Of a stretch of 64,000 nucleotides of DNA, positions 1 to 11,670 are shown piece after piece (within the stretch, counting starts at the first letter, position 1; each line of letters begins with the position of its first letter). The translations under genes and the position numbers were made by a program. The notes under the pieces were generated by a model, which saw nothing but the letters and a program-made list of their open reading frames with translations, had not been told where the DNA came from and ran no database searches. Source of the DNA: an uncultured Candidatus Saccharibacteria bacterium (GTDB lineage Bacteria > Patescibacteriota > Minisyncoccia > Phycocordibacterales > UBA9973); contig CAYREQ010000001.1 of assembly GCA_964423445.1 (NCBI GenBank), forward strand, positions 1,732 to 65,731. The letters run 5' to 3'.

Positions 1-307
1 CACCGTCTTCTGCTGACACTACCAAGATAGCTATATCAGCTACTTGAGCTCCACGTTCTCGCATTTTTGAAAAAGCTTCGTGGCCAGGAGTATCTAGGAA
101 AGTTATTTTTTTATCTATACCTTCTTCGTTTTTGTGTACGACTTCATAAGCAGAAATTCTCTGAGTTATACCTCCAGTCTCAGTGTCTACGACATTTGTC
201 TTTCTTATATAGTCGAGCAATGTAGATTTACCATGGTCAATATGACCCATGATTACTACTACTGGTGCGCGTTCTGTCGTATTTGTTTTTTGACTATTTT
301 TTTCCAT
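1..307 (-). CDS. infB: translation initiation factor IF-2, N-terminal part (gene runs off the window start)
   Basis: Minus-strand ATG at 305-307. Translation [39 protein letters not shown]...[10 protein letters not shown] carries the G1 (GHIDHGKS) and G3 (DTPGH) motifs of IF-2. Missing from the ORF track because the window edge truncates it. Confidence 0.85.
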   Translation of the reverse strand, partial: MEKNSQKTNTTERAPVVVIMGHIDHGKSTLLDYIRKTNVVDTETGGITQRISAYEVVHKNEEGIDKKITFLDTPGHEAFSKMRERGAQVADIAILVVSAEDG

Positions 308-313
308 ATTAAT

Positions 314-778
314 TTAAACTTTCGCTTTTTCTAAAACCTCACGCTCCTCGTCGGTCAATCCATGGTCTGATTTATTATTTTTTATTGGCTTAGCAAAGAC
401 ACTCATCCTCTCACGTGAGTAAAGGCTCGAAAGGACTACACCATCACCATCTTCGTTTAACATACCAATAGCAAAACTCTGGTTTCCTCCTTGATCAGGA
501 AATGGATTGAAACGTATGGTATGAAGCCCGCGAACACTTTTTTTAAGTTTGGAATTTATTACTCCAAGTTCTTTTTCTGTGTCTTCTTTTGATTTTTTTA
601 AAAGTGCAATATCATTATGAAGCGAGATGATAGTATCTTCTAAATCTTTTGCTTTTTTCCCTACAAAAAATCTTTTTAAGCGTTTTTCAGTGGTAAAAAT
701 CCAAATAGTTATTAAAAGAATGATTATTCCACCTAAAACAAAAAAAACCAAGAAAACACTGTCGAGCTTTATATTCAT
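314..778 (-). CDS. small membrane-anchored protein, DUF4446-like (N-terminal TM helix, RFNPF..GGNQSF motif)
   Basis: 154-aa ORF with one N-terminal hydrophobic helix; lies immediately upstream of infB on the same strand. The family assignment is recalled from memory only. Confidence 0.4.
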   Translation of the reverse strand: MNIKLDSVFLVFFVLGGIIILLITIWIFTTEKRLKRFFVGKKAKDLEDTIISLHNDIALLKKSKEDTEKELGVINSKLKKSVRGLHTIRFNPFPDQGGNQSFAIGMLNEDGDGVVLSSLYSRERMSVFAKPIKNNKSDHGLTDEEREVLEKAKV

Positions 779-802
779 ATAATTTCAATATATACTATTT
801 TC

Positions 803-1930
803 ATGCCTAAATCAAATGACAGATTGAGAAAAAATAAGAGTTTTATATATATGGATTATGCGTCGAGCGCCCTTGTGAGCTCGCCAAATTCTTCGGCTAT
901 TCACGACCTTGGATTAAAAGAGAAGAAAAAGCTCGAGGCTGCTAGAAAAAAAATAGCTGATATTCTAAAAACTCAAGATAGTGAGATTATTTTTACTTCT
1001 GGTGCTACTGAGAGTAATAATCTATCAATTTTAGGAATTGGCAAGGGTCATATAGTGACTACAAATATAGAACATGCATCTGTGATAGAGACAGCAAAAC
1101 ATAGAGGTGGAGTTTCTTTTGTTCCTGTGGAGCCAGACGGCATAGTCGATCCTAAAAAAATTAAAAAAGCTTTAAATAAAAACACCGTACTAGTATCTGT
1201 AATGTATGCAAACAATGAAATAGGCACAATACAACCGATAAAAGAAATTGCAAAAGAGATAAGACATTACAATAAGACAAACAATACAAAAATATTTTTT
1301 CACACTGATGCTACACAAGCTATAAACTATTTACTAATTTCTATACCACAGCTCGGTGTCGATATGATGTCTTTCAATGCTGCAAAAATTTATGGACCCA
1401 AAGGAGTCGGAGTTTTATATGTAAAGAAAAATACACCAATCACAAAGATTATGTTTGGTGGTGATCAAGAGATGGGATTTCGACCAGGTACTGAAAACGT
1501 AATAGGAGCTACAGCATTAGCAAGTGCTTTAGAAAAAACAGAAAAAATTAAAGACAAAGAAGTGAAAAGACTAACAGTTCTACGTGATTATTTTATTAAA
1601 AAATTACAGAAAATTTCTACAGACATAATAATAAATGGTGATTTAAAAAATAGACTACCAAATAATATAAATATTACTGTTCCCAATATACCAAGTGATT
1701 TATTGGTGATAGAATTATCTACAAGAGGAATCTTGGCTTCTGCGAAGAGTGCTTGCAAGAGTGGAGACGGCAAAGCTTCACATGTAATATCTGCGATAGA
1801 TAAGAATATAAAAGAAACTGATGGTTCTATAAGATTTTCTATGGGCAGAGAGACCACGAAAGCTCAGATTGACTATACAATCAAGTCTCTAGCTCAAATT
1901 TTAAATAAATTAGGTAAGTGGTATAATTAA
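803..1930 (+). CDS. cysteine desulfurase (class V aminotransferase, IscS/NifS-like)
   Basis: IFTSGATESNN and HTDATQA motifs; PLP-lysine context SFNAAKIYGPKGVGVLYV; catalytic Cys context ASAKSACKSGDG. Confidence 0.8.
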   Translation: MPKSNDRLRKNKSFIYMDYASSALVSSPNSSAIHDLGLKEKKKLEAARKKIADILKTQDSEIIFTSGATESNNLSILGIGKGHIVTTNIEHASVIETAKHRGGVSFVPVEPDGIVDPKKIKKALNKNTVLVSVMYANNEIGTIQPIKEIAKEIRHYNKTNNTKIFFHTDATQAINYLLISIPQLGVDMMSFNAAKIYGPKGVGVLYVKKNTPITKIMFGGDQEMGFRPGTENVIGATALASALEKTEKIKDKEVKRLTVLRDYFIKKLQKISTDIIINGDLKNRLPNNINITVPNIPSDLLVIELSTRGILASAKSACKSGDGKASHVISAIDKNIKETDGSIRFSMGRETTKAQIDYTIKSLAQILNKLGKWYN

Positions 1931-1957
1931 ATTATTATAAAATAAATAAAAAATATT

Positions 1958-2290
1958 ATGTTTGAAGGTAAACAAGAAGGAGTAAGAGACACAGCGTTAG
2001 AAGAAGAGATAGTCAAGTCTACTCAAAAAGTACGAGCACGGGAAGAATTTGATTTAAAAAAACAAGCATATTTAGAAAAATTTAAAAATCATGGGGACCA
2101 TGATATCATCGATTATCTGTTGTCTCGTGAAATAGATGAAATTATAAAAGATAAAAAAGGTAAAATTCAGAATTGGGAATTAGGACAAATGCTAGATCAA
2201 AGATTGGTATATATGAATAGTGTTGACCCAGAGCTAGATCTGACAGAAGAGAGAACAAAAACCAAAGAAGCAATAAAAAATCTATCCTAA
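1958..2290 (+). CDS. hypothetical protein
   Basis: 110-aa charged ORF in the operon gap; no recognisable motif. Confidence 0.35.
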   Translation: MFEGKQEGVRDTALEEEIVKSTQKVRAREEFDLKKQAYLEKFKNHGDHDIIDYLLSREIDEIIKDKKGKIQNWELGQMLDQRLVYMNSVDPELDLTEERTKTKEAIKNLS

Positions 2291-2303
2291 CTATAACTAC
2301 TAT

Positions 2304-2720
2304 ATGGACTCAAACGAAATAGTAATAAAAAAGTTTCATCCACATCCTTTATATCATTTTGTTTTTTATTTTAGTGGAGTTCTTATTTTTATTTCTGGAT
2401 TTTTTATTACTTGGTATTTACTCGTAGTGGGAGTACTAATTTTTGTATTGGGAGAAGTAGCCAGAATTTCTGAGACCTTTTTTGTGCTTGAGAGTGGTAT
2501 AGCCAGAGAATACAAATTAATTGCTACTTCTAGAGATTTTACTGAATACAGTAAAATTCAAAATATAAAAGTGAGGCAAGGTTTTATCGAAAGAATTTTT
2601 GGAATAGGAAATATACACATAGATACTGCCGGTAGTGATAAATCCGAAGTAAATTTTCATGGCGTATCTGATCCTTATGCTGTTGAAAGTATTATCAGAG
2701 GCAAAATGAAAATTTTATAA
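2304..2720 (+). CDS. membrane protein with bacterial PH domain (YdbS/YdbT-like, DUF304)
   Basis: Two TM helices followed by a roughly 80-aa soluble domain; the architecture matches bPH_2 proteins. Recalled from memory. Confidence 0.4.
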   Translation: MDSNEIVIKKFHPHPLYHFVFYFSGVLIFISGFFITWYLLVVGVLIFVLGEVARISETFFVLESGIAREYKLIATSRDFTEYSKIQNIKVRQGFIERIFGIGNIHIDTAGSDKSEVNFHGVSDPYAVESIIRGKMKIL

Positions 2721-2722
2721 AT

Positions 2723-2908
2723 ATGATGACAGATTTTGAAAAAGCTAAACAAATACAAAAGATATATGATGAAGCCATCAAGAAATTGGACGCGCTTGAA
2801 GGAGAAAAGAAGCAAATTACTAAAAAATATATAGAAGAGCTTGAAGCTCAAAAGATTGAAGCGATTCGGGCATCAATCGAATTATTATTTGATAAAAAAG
2901 AAGAATAA
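2723..2908 (+). CDS. small coiled-coil hypothetical protein
   Basis: 61-aa ORF rich in K, E and Q, tightly spaced before the next gene. Confidence 0.3.
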   Translation: MMTDFEKAKQIQKIYDEAIKKLDALEGEKKQITKKYIEELEAQKIEAIRASIELLFDKKEE

Positions 2909-2913
2909 TTTTA

Positions 2914-4058
2914 TGGCAATGGAAAATGTAGTAAAAAAATTAGAAGAAGAAGGGGACACAGTGGCTCTTGAGAGAATAAAAGAAGAAGCAGAAGTCAGCA
3001 TGGATGGAGCTACAGTAGGTTTGGCTGAGCAAGCACTTGCAAGACTAAATGCAATTTCTAAAAAGGCTGAAGCTGTGGGTATAGTACCCGCAGAAAAAAT
3101 CGCACAAGTAGAATCATTGGGAGGTTCTGGTGATGAAATTACAAGTAGAACACAAGAAATTGATAGTAAAATTGCAGAAGTAAGAGCTGACGCAGAAAGA
3201 AAAGTAAATGAAGTTATAAAAGGTGAAGATGGAACAGAAGTGCCAAAAATAGAAGCTACTCCAATTGACCCTATAGAAAAAAAGAAAGAAATAGTAGAAC
3301 TTGAAGCAGAATTAAATGCCCTACTTCAAGAAATTGAAAAATCTGGAAATGAACTTGATAAGTTTCGAGAAAATAAAAATCACAATGTACCAACAGGAAA
3401 TCAAATGATGGCTAATCTTTCTTCGTTGTGGGAAAAACGTGACGCCATAAGATCTCGCCTAGAGAAACTAACATTTGATCCTCAAAAAGCTGAAGAAGAA
3501 AAAAAACAAGCAGTGGATGCTCTAAAAGAAGAACTAAAGAAAATACCTGATATTCGTCCATATGATCGAGAGGCTGAAAAAAAAGTAGTTGCAAAATATT
3601 ATGAGAAAGGAGATAGTTTTGGATTCTCAGACCAAGAAAAAGAAGTGTTAAATAAATATTTAACAGACACCGAAGGAGTACTAAAGGCTGAGGCAAAATG
3701 GTTTGCACCTAATGCAGGTACACCAATAACAAGAGCAAAGGAACTTGGGAATCCTGAAAATATAATAGGTCAGGCAGAACAAAAATTACAAGAGGTGATT
3801 AAGCGTCTTATAGATAACGATGATAAAAAAAATCTTCGCACGCAAGTAATAACTTTTTTAATTGATAGCCCAGAAAATAGATTTTCACCCGAAACTCAAA
3901 GACTTTTAGTACAAGCATATGAGAAACTTGATGAAGGTCCGATGGTTGCAACTGTTCACTATGGTACAGGAGAACAAATGGATTTTCGGTCTATGTATGA
4001 AACAAAAGTAGCTGCTCTAAAAAAACACTTAGAAGTAGAAAATACTCCAGTCAGTTAA
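2914..4058 (+). CDS. hypothetical coiled-coil protein
   Basis: The track ORF 2841-4058 is long; the internal ATG at 2914 (MAMENVVKKLEEEG) avoids overlap with the upstream ORF. The long acidic coiled-coil composition is the only evidence. Confidence 0.45.
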
Positions 4059-4087
4059 AATTTCATCTTTTTGATTTATAGTCTCTT

Positions 4088-4639
4088 TTGAGCTATAATT
4101 GGCCTATGGACATAAAGGAATTAAATAAATCACAGCTTATATTACTTGCGGTGCTTTTGAGCTTCGTGACTTCTATAGCTACGGGTATAACCACTGTGAC
4201 TTTAATGCAACAAGCTCCAGGTTCAGTCACTGTGCCTTTAACTCAGATAGTCAGAGAGACAGTAGAAAAAGTAGTACCAGCTAGTGTAACCAATACAGTG
4301 AGTACTCCTGCACTATCTAATGATCAAAAGAAATTACTCGAAGATTTAAAAGCCATCAAGCCACTCACTATGACTTTAGTCCTCAAAGGAGAGACAGCTG
4401 ATAAGGATAAAGTTTTAGGTAGCGGATTATTTCTTGGAGAAAATAAAGTCGTCATAGCCTCTCTAATACCAGCACCAAAAGAAGGAGAAGTATATATTAT
4501 AAAATCTGTATTGGGTGAACAAAAAGTATCAAAAGTAATTGAACAAAAAGATTTTACTATCATTGAATTAGCAAAAACCGAAACTCCTCCTCCTGCTCCA
4601 GTAGTCCCACCAGCGGGGGAAACACCAGTAACACAATAA
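4088..4639 (+). CDS. membrane-anchored hypothetical protein with Pro-rich C-terminus
   Basis: N-terminal TM (LILLAVLLSFVTSIATGI) and C-terminal PPPAPVVPPAGETP tail. The start could be the ATG at 4106. Confidence 0.4.
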   Translation: MSYNWPMDIKELNKSQLILLAVLLSFVTSIATGITTVTLMQQAPGSVTVPLTQIVRETVEKVVPASVTNTVSTPALSNDQKKLLEDLKAIKPLTMTLVLKGETADKDKVLGSGLFLGENKVVIASLIPAPKEGEVYIIKSVLGEQKVSKVIEQKDFTIIELAKTETPPPAPVVPPAGETPVTQ

Positions 4640-4651
4640 TAAATTTTAAAT

Positions 4652-7375
4652 ATGCCACCATTAAATAAATTCACAACTAAAGCCAAAGACGCGATAAAAA
4701 AAGCTCATGAGCTTGCTATTGAACGTGGAGTAAATCACGTTTCTTCTCTGCACTTACTCGCAGCATTACTACTCGCAGAAGAATCCATAGTAAATTCTAT
4801 TTTAGACAAGCTCGAAATAGACACAATGCTTCTTACTGATTCTGTCTTGGAGTTAATAGAATTACCAGAATCTCACAGCACTATTTCACCTGCATACCAA
4901 ATCTACCTAAACCCAGATTTGGCACAAGTGATAGAGCAGTCAGCCAAGCTCGCTGAATACATGAAAGATGATTTTGTATCTACAGAGCACTTATTTATTG
5001 CAATTCTTGAAGTCACGAGTGAAGCTCGTGAGACACTATCACGATTTAGAATTCACAAAGATTCAGTTGTAAAAGTATTAGAAGAACTTCGTAGACAAAA
5101 TATTACTGACGTGGGTGAGCCAAGAAAATTTAAACTTCTTGTAAAATATACTCGCAATTTAACCAAGCTTGCCAAGGAAGATAAATTAGACCCAGTGATA
5201 GGTCGCGATAGTGAAATACTTCGTATCATGCAGATACTCTCAAGAAGGACAAAAAATAATCCAATTTTAATCGGGGAAGCAGGTACAGGAAAGACAGCAG
5301 TAGTAGAAGGTCTAGCTGAAAGAATTGTAAAAGGAAATGTCCCAGAGTCACTCAAAGACAAAGAGCTCGTGTCTCTAGACCTAGGGCTTCTTGTAGCTGG
5401 TACAAAATATCGTGGAGAATTTGAAGAAAGACTCAAAGGTATAATGAAAGAGATAGAACGCTCAGATGGAAAAGTAATTCTTTTTATTGACGAGATTCAT
5501 ACTATAGTCGGAGCGGGAGGAGCAGAGGGAACTATGGATGCTTCAAATATGTTGAAGCCAGTACTTTCTCGTGGAGAACTTCGAGCTATTGGAGCTACGA
5601 CTTTGCGAGAATATCAAAAACATATTGAAAAAGATCCAGCTTTGGCTCGTCGTTTTCAACCCGTATATATTGATGAACCATCTCTAGATGATGCAATTAC
5701 AATACTTCGTGGTCTAAAAGAAAGATACGAGCTTTTTCACGGTGTTCGTATTACAGACGACGCTATTATTGCTGCAGTAAATCTATCTGCTAGATATATC
5801 ACAAATAGATTTTTACCAGACAAAGCTGTGGACTTGATAGATGAAGCTTCAAGTTCTCTAAAGATAATGCTTGAAAACAAACCTTCTGTCCTAGAAGACG
5901 CACATAGAAAGATAATGAAGCTAGAGATAGAAAAAGAAGCTCTTAAAAAAGAGGTAGCGGTGAGAGGTGCTGACAAGAGTAAACAAAATAAAGAGACTAG
6001 AGAGAAAAATATTGAAATTAAAAATAGATTAAAAGAAGTAGATAAAGAGATAGCCAATCTAAACGAAAAGACAAAAGAAATAGAATTAAAATGGAATAAT
6101 GAAAAAACAATAGTAGCTGAGATTCGCACAATTAAACAAGAATTAGATACTATTCGGTTAGAAGCAGAAGAAGCAGAGATGCGCTCTGATCTTTCTCGGG
6201 TAGCTGAAATACGCTACGGTAAAATTCCAGAACTTAAGAAAGACTTAGACACAAAGCTCGCACGATTAAAGAAGTTACAAAAATCTCGCAGAATTTTGAA
6301 AGAAGAAATCACTGCTGAAGATATAGCAGAAGTCGTAGCTCGCTGGACTGGTATACCACTCACTAAGATGCTAGAAGAAGAAAGAGAGAAGCTTGAGAAA
6401 ATGGAAGAAGAATTAAAGAAGAGAGTAGTAGGCCAAGATGGAGCTATAAGAAAAGTCGCAGATGTCATAAGGCGCTCTCGTGCTGGTATAGGAGACCCAA
6501 ATAGGCCAATCGGCTCATTTATATTCTTGGGTCCGACTGGTGTAGGAAAGACAGAGCTCACAAAAGCTTTGGGGCAATTTATGTTCAATGATGACAAAGC
6601 TATAATTCGAGTGGATATGTCTGAGTACATGGAGAGGCATTCAATATCAAAACTCATTGGTTCACCACCAGGGTATGTAGGTTACGATGAAGCAGGACAA
6701 CTCACAGAGTCAGTAAGGCATAGACCTTATGCAGTGATACTTTTTGATGAGATTGAAAAAGCTCATCCTGAAGTTTTCAATATGCTACTCCAAGTATTGG
6801 ATGAAGGTAGATTAACTGATGGGAAAGGTAGAATAGTAAATTTCAAAAATACTATTATAATACTAACTTCAAATATCGGTTCACAATTCGTAGAAAAGAT
6901 GGAATCAGTTGGTTTTTCAAATAATACTGACAAGCAAAACTACTCAAACATGAAAGATAAAATCACAGACACCTTGAAAGAACATTTTCGTCCTGAGTTC
7001 TTAAATAGGTTAGATGAGACCATAGTCTTTGATATTTTGTCTGAATCTGCAATAAAAGAAATTGTAAAACTTCGAGTAAGAGTAGTACAAGACCGCTTAC
7101 TAGCCAAAGGTATAAGTTTTGAAATAGCAGATGAAGCCTTCTCTTATCTTGCAAAAGAAGGATATGATCCACACTATGGTGCAAGACCTCTAAATCGTCT
7201 AATTCAAAATAAAATTTTAAATCCCGTGGCTTCATACATTATTTCTAACAAAGTTAAAAAAGGAGATAAGATTGTAGCAAGTATAAAGAATGGGGAACTC
7301 ATAATAGAAAACAAAAAAGGACAAGGAGGCAAAATCAAAAGTCCAATACAAATAAGACCAAGCTCAAAGGTCTAA
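4652..7375 (+). CDS. clpB: ATP-dependent chaperone ClpB (AAA+ class I Clp ATPase)
   Basis: 907 aa with two Walker A boxes ([29 protein letters not shown]), a long coiled-coil middle domain between them, and a Clp N-domain. Confidence 0.9.
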   Translation: MPPLNKFTTKAKDAIKKAHELAIERGVNHVSSLHLLAALLLAEESIVNSILDKLEIDTMLLTDSVLELIELPESHSTISPAYQIYLNPDLAQVIEQSAKLAEYMKDDFVSTEHLFIAILEVTSEARETLSRFRIHKDSVVKVLEELRRQNITDVGEPRKFKLLVKYTRNLTKLAKEDKLDPVIGRDSEILRIMQILSRRTKNNPILIGEAGTGKTAVVEGLAERIVKGNVPESLKDKELVSLDLGLLVAGTKYRGEFEERLKGIMKEIERSDGKVILFIDEIHTIVGAGGAEGTMDASNMLKPVLSRGELRAIGATTLREYQKHIEKDPALARRFQPVYIDEPSLDDAITILRGLKERYELFHGVRITDDAIIAAVNLSARYITNRFLPDKAVDLIDEASSSLKIMLENKPSVLEDAHRKIMKLEIEKEALKKEVAVRGADKSKQNKETREKNIEIKNRLKEVDKEIANLNEKTKEIELKWNNEKTIVAEIRTIKQELDTIRLEAEEAEMRSDLSRVAEIRYGKIPELKKDLDTKLARLKKLQKSRRILKEEITAEDIAEVVARWTGIPLTKMLEEEREKLEKMEEELKKRVVGQDGAIRKVADVIRRSRAGIGDPNRPIGSFIFLGPTGVGKTELTKALGQFMFNDDKAIIRVDMSEYMERHSISKLIGSPPGYVGYDEAGQLTESVRHRPYAVILFDEIEKAHPEVFNMLLQVLDEGRLTDGKGRIVNFKNTIIILTSNIGSQFVEKMESVGFSNNTDKQNYSNMKDKITDTLKEHFRPEFLNRLDETIVFDILSESAIKEIVKLRVRVVQDRLLAKGISFEIADEAFSYLAKEGYDPHYGARPLNRLIQNKILNPVASYIISNKVKKGDKIVASIKNGELIIENKKGQGGKIKSPIQIRPSSKV

Positions 7376-7396
7376 AAGGAAGTAGATAGCTTATAA

Positions 7397-7432
7397 AACC
7401 CGCCCGTACAATATGGTGCATTCGGGCGGGGA
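7397..7432 (+). terminator. GC hairpin cccgcccg-N16-cgggcggg after clpB
   Basis: 8-bp GC stem seen directly in the sequence; the T-run is displaced, so this is a weaker intrinsic terminator. Confidence 0.4.
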
Positions 7433-7479
7433 TGCAAAAAAGTTTTTTTTGTGTTATTTTATGCTAGTATATTTCCTAT

Positions 7480-7565
7480 GCGTCGGTGGTAGAGTGGTCA
7501 ATTACAACAGACTGTAAATCTGTCGCCTCCGGGCTACGAAGGTTCGAATCCTTCCCGACGCACCA
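7480..7565 (+). tRNA. tRNA-Tyr (anticodon GTA), long variable arm, CCA encoded
   Basis: Acceptor GCGTCGG/CCGACGC; anticodon stem ACAGA/TCTGT with loop CTGTAAA; long variable arm; T-arm GAAGG-TTCGAAT-CCTTC. Confidence 0.85.
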
Positions 7566-7568
7566 AAC

Positions 7569-7865
7569 ATGACTAAACAAATTACTTGTATAATTTCTGG
7601 CAGAGTACAAGGTGTACTTTTTCGTGACTTTACTTGTAGAAATGCAAAGAAATTTTCTTTGATGGGTACTGTTGAAAATTTACCGGATGGGAGTGTGAAA
7701 GTTATAGCACAAGGAGAAGAAGAAATTCTAAATAAGTTTTTAGAAAAATTAAAAATAGGTCCAATTTTATCTAAGGTAGAAGATATAAAAATAGAATGGT
7801 CCGACAATATAGGTATATTTAAAGATTTCAAAATTGTTTACCATGGTTTCTTAGATCACTTTTAA
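7569..7865 (+). CDS. acyP: acylphosphatase
   Basis: VQGVLFRDFT and GTVENLPDGSVKV match the two acylphosphatase signatures. Confidence 0.7.
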   Translation: MTKQITCIISGRVQGVLFRDFTCRNAKKFSLMGTVENLPDGSVKVIAQGEEEILNKFLEKLKIGPILSKVEDIKIEWSDNIGIFKDFKIVYHGFLDHF

Positions 7866-7868
7866 AAA

Positions 7869-8579
7869 ATGGAAGAAAAAAATATAGATAAAAAAAATAT
7901 ACCCAAATGCATAGGTATCATAATGGATGGGAATAGGAGGTGGGCCAAAGAGCAAGGTGTCCCTGCTTTTGAAGGGCATAGGAAAGGTTATGAAAAGATG
8001 AGAAATACAGGAAGATGGGCAAAAGAAATTGGAATTGAATATATGATTTTTTATTGTTTCTCAGTTGAGAATTGGAAACGCAGAGAAGAAGAAGTAAATT
8101 ACCTTATGGATTTATTTAAGTTTGCATTTACAGATGGAGCTGAATCATTGTTTAGAAATGAAATAAGAATAAAAGTTGTCGGAGACATTTCTCGTTTTTC
8201 TTCTGATATTCAAGAAATGATAAAAAAAATAGAATACGATACAAAGCATTTCAAGACGACTATGGTCTTGGCTATGTCTTATGGCGGAAGAGGTGAGATA
8301 TTAAATGCTGTAAAAAAAATATCTGAGACTAAGACGAAAGAAGAAATAGAAAAAATGGACGAGGAAGATTTTTCTAAGTATTTATATACAGCCGATATTC
8401 CTGACCCAGATATAATAATAAGAACAAGCGGGGAGATGCGACTTTCAGGTTTTTTGCCATGGCAGAGCGTGTATAGTGAGTTTTTCTTCTTGAAAACTTA
8501 CTGGCCAGCATTTAGCAAAGAGGACTTTTTGGGGGTGTTAGACGAGTATAATTTACGTAGCCGTAGGCATGGGAAATAA
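7869..8579 (+). CDS. uppS: isoprenyl transferase (undecaprenyl-diphosphate synthase)
   Basis: IIMDGNRRWA, FSVENWKR and IIRTSGEMRLSGFLPWQS motifs. Confidence 0.9.
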   Translation: MEEKNIDKKNIPKCIGIIMDGNRRWAKEQGVPAFEGHRKGYEKMRNTGRWAKEIGIEYMIFYCFSVENWKRREEEVNYLMDLFKFAFTDGAESLFRNEIRIKVVGDISRFSSDIQEMIKKIEYDTKHFKTTMVLAMSYGGRGEILNAVKKISETKTKEEIEKMDEEDFSKYLYTADIPDPDIIIRTSGEMRLSGFLPWQSVYSEFFFLKTYWPAFSKEDFLGVLDEYNLRSRRHGK

Positions 8580-8705
8580 TTTATGTTATAATAAAGGGGA
8601 ATTTGACCAAGGACTTGTCATTTTCTATAAAGTATGTTATTATTAAAAGATGCAAAATAGAGCCAAAAGGCTTTTTTGTTTTATAAGGGTTTAAAAAAAT
8701 AAATT

Positions 8706-10526
8706 ATGGAAATAAGAAATATAGCGATAATAGCTCACGTGGACCACGGCAAGACGACTCTTACTGATTATTTGATGAAGCAAAATGGTGGAAATGCTGA
8801 GGGTGTATCCATGGATTCGAACGACCTAGAAAAAGAGCGTGGTATTACTATATATTCTAAAAATACTTCAATCTACTACAAAGATACAAAGATAAACATA
8901 GTAGACACTCCTGGCCACGCGGATTTCGGCTCTGAGGTAGAGCGTGTTTTACGAGCTATTGATTCTGTGCTTTTACTCGTGGATGCCGTAGAAGGACCAA
9001 TGCCACAAACAAGATTCGTATTAAAGAAATCTCTCGAGTTAGGACTAAGGCCTATAGTAGTAATAAATAAAATAGACAAACCAGCTGCCGATGCTCACAG
9101 AGTGCATGATGAAATTTTAGAATTATTTTTTGAATTGGGCGCTACTGAAGAACAAGCAGATTTTGAAACTATATATGCTATCGGAAGAGAGGGAAAAGCA
9201 TTTAAAAAATTAGGTGATGATTCAAAAGATTTGTCACCACTTTTAGATTTGATTTTAGAAAAAGTAAAACCTGCTTCCAAAGATCAAGACGGTAAAATGT
9301 CTGCTCAAGTTTTCAACCTTGGTTATGACAATTTCTTGGGAAGAATGGCTGTATGCAGAATATACTCTGGAAAAATAGTTTCTGGTAGCTCAGTCCTAGT
9401 AAAAGGGTTTTCTCATGACGAACAAGAAATAAATGAAACACGAAAAGGAAAGATTACAAAACTTTTTTCTTTTGAAGGTATTGCTAGAAAAGATGTAGAG
9501 TACGCGACTTCTGGAGATATAGTGATGATATCTGGTATACCGGATATTTATATCGGAGAGACAATTTGTGAAGATGATTCAGTAGAGCCACTGCCTCACA
9601 TTGCGATAGATGAACCGACACTGTCTCTAAATTTCTTGGTGAACGATTCTCCATTTGCAGGTACTGAAGGAAAATTTGTGACTTCTCGTCAAATAAAAGA
9701 AAGACTTGAAAAAGAACTTGAAATAAACGTGGGATTGAAAGTAGATTTTTCTCCAGACCAAGGTGATAAATCTGGACCTTCATTTTTCAAAGTATATGGA
9801 CGTGGAGAACTTCACATTGCAATTCTTTTAGAAAATATGCGCAGAGAAGGTTTTGAAATGCAGGTGTCTCAGCCAGAAGTTATCATCAAAGAAAAGAATG
9901 GAGTAAAGACAGAGCCATACGAAGAATTGGTGATAGATGTTCCCATGGAATCAAGTGGAAGTGTGATTGAAAAGATTGGAAAAAGACGTGGAATCATGAA
10001 AGACATGGTTGAGAAAAATGGTATTGCGAGAATTATTTTTGATATACCTACTCGCGGATTGCTTGGCTATCGCGGAGAGTTTATTATCGATACAAAAGGA
10101 GAGGGAATAATGAGCTCACGAGTTACAGGCTTTAAAGAACATGCTGGTGAAATCAAAAAGCGTTCATATGGTTCAATGACTTCTATGATTGGAGGTAAAG
10201 CTGTGGCGTTTGCCTTGGCAAACTTGCAAGAACGTGGTATATTATACATAGAACATGGTAGTGAAGTTTACGAAGGAATGGTTATCGGTAACGTTCTAAA
10301 AGGAGAAGACATGGCTGTAAATCCTACTAAAGGAAAACAGCTTACAAATATGCGAGCTTCTGGTACTGATGAAGCGATAACTTTAAATCCTCCATTTATC
10401 TTAAGTATTGAGAGAGGATTAGAAGTCATGAACAACGATGAATATCTGGAAGTCACTCCAAAATCTGTAAGACTAAGAAAGAAATATTTAACAGAGTTAG
10501 ATAGAGTAAAGAAAAATAGATCATAA
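8706..10526 (+). CDS. typA: translational GTPase TypA/BipA
   Basis: [17 protein letters not shown] and DTPGHADF motifs; 606-aa length. Confidence 0.9.
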   Translation: MEIRNIAIIAHVDHGKTTLTDYLMKQNGGNAEGVSMDSNDLEKERGITIYSKNTSIYYKDTKINIVDTPGHADFGSEVERVLRAIDSVLLLVDAVEGPMPQTRFVLKKSLELGLRPIVVINKIDKPAADAHRVHDEILELFFELGATEEQADFETIYAIGREGKAFKKLGDDSKDLSPLLDLILEKVKPASKDQDGKMSAQVFNLGYDNFLGRMAVCRIYSGKIVSGSSVLVKGFSHDEQEINETRKGKITKLFSFEGIARKDVEYATSGDIVMISGIPDIYIGETICEDDSVEPLPHIAIDEPTLSLNFLVNDSPFAGTEGKFVTSRQIKERLEKELEINVGLKVDFSPDQGDKSGPSFFKVYGRGELHIAILLENMRREGFEMQVSQPEVIIKEKNGVKTEPYEELVIDVPMESSGSVIEKIGKRRGIMKDMVEKNGIARIIFDIPTRGLLGYRGEFIIDTKGEGIMSSRVTGFKEHAGEIKKRSYGSMTSMIGGKAVAFALANLQERGILYIEHGSEVYEGMVIGNVLKGEDMAVNPTKGKQLTNMRASGTDEAITLNPPFILSIERGLEVMNNDEYLEVTPKSVRLRKKYLTELDRVKKNRS

Positions 10527-10565
10527 AAGTAAAAGTAAGAATTAATTTAGAAAAAAAATAAATTT

Positions 10566-11594
10566 ATGTCAACAATATCTTTTAAACCAAAAAAAATTAC
10601 TAAAAAAATAATTTCACATCTTACTGACCGGTCTTTTGATGTTATTATGAATCGTTTTGGTTTGACACCTGACGGTGAGAGACACACACTAGAGGAGATT
10701 GGTAAAAAATATAAAATTACTAGAGAGCGTGTTCGCCAGATAGAAGACGTAGCTCTTTCTGCTATTAAAAAGTCAGATGCTTACAAATTAGAACAAGCAG
10801 CTTTTGAAGAATTGAAACAGCTTATCAAAAACCTTGGTTCAATAATTCCAGAGCATGAGCTTTTGCCATACATATCAAAAGATAAGACGACACAAAATCA
10901 TATTCACTTTTTCCTTACTCTAAGTGATTCTTTTAAAAAGCATCGTGAAGATGAACATTTTCATACTCGTTTTAGTGTAGATGATGAGATGGGTGAAAAA
11001 GTACACGCTACATTAAAAAAGCTTTATACAAGCCTAAAAGATGAAGACCTTATACCTGAGACTGAAATGATTAAAATGTTTTTTGATCATATGAAAGATG
11101 TATCTGAGCAATACCGAGATGACGAAATAGCTAAAAGATGGCTATCTATGTCAAAGAAAATTGCCAAGAATCCATTTGGAGAATGGGGAAAAGCTTCAAG
11201 TCCAAATGTACGTACTCGTGGTGTAAAAGATTATGCTTTCTTGGTCATGAGACGTCATGGTTCACCAATGCATTTCAAAGAGGTAGCAAATTCTATTTCA
11301 AAGACTTTTAATAAAAAAGTTCACTATGCTACTTGTCACAATGAATTAATCAAAGATTCTCGCTTTGTACTAGTAGGTAGAGGAATGTATGCTTTATCTG
11401 AGTGGGGTTACAAGGCTGGTACTGCTCGTGAGGTTATCCGAGATATACTAAAAAGAGAAGGCCCAATGACAAAAGATGATGTTATTGAAAAAGTAAATAA
11501 GGAGAGATACTTCAAGAAAAACACAATTTTAGTAAATCTAGTAAATCCAAAATACTTTAAAGTTGATAAGAACGGATTATACTCTATCGCTTAA
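10566..11594 (+). CDS. hypothetical protein with N-terminal sigma-70 region-4-like HTH only
   Basis: LTDRSFDVIMNRFGL...LEEIGKKYKITRERVRQIEDVAL resembles sigma region 4.1/4.2. No region 2 is present, so this is not a true sigma factor. Confidence 0.45.
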   Translation: MSTISFKPKKITKKIISHLTDRSFDVIMNRFGLTPDGERHTLEEIGKKYKITRERVRQIEDVALSAIKKSDAYKLEQAAFEELKQLIKNLGSIIPEHELLPYISKDKTTQNHIHFFLTLSDSFKKHREDEHFHTRFSVDDEMGEKVHATLKKLYTSLKDEDLIPETEMIKMFFDHMKDVSEQYRDDEIAKRWLSMSKKIAKNPFGEWGKASSPNVRTRGVKDYAFLVMRRHGSPMHFKEVANSISKTFNKKVHYATCHNELIKDSRFVLVGRGMYALSEWGYKAGTAREVIRDILKREGPMTKDDVIEKVNKERYFKKNTILVNLVNPKYFKVDKNGLYSIA

Positions 11595-11670
11595 ATTAAT
11601 AAAATATCAAAACTAAAAAATACAGCCTAAAAAGCTGTATTTTTTAGTTTTTTTATATTAAACTATTAAC

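Noticed and set aside
5053-6657. Three minus-strand ORFs (127, 130 and 147 aa) inside clpB
   Set aside because: They are antisense to a 907-aa ORF with unambiguous ClpB motifs. Their Ser/Leu-rich composition is typical of antisense frames of AT-rich genes.
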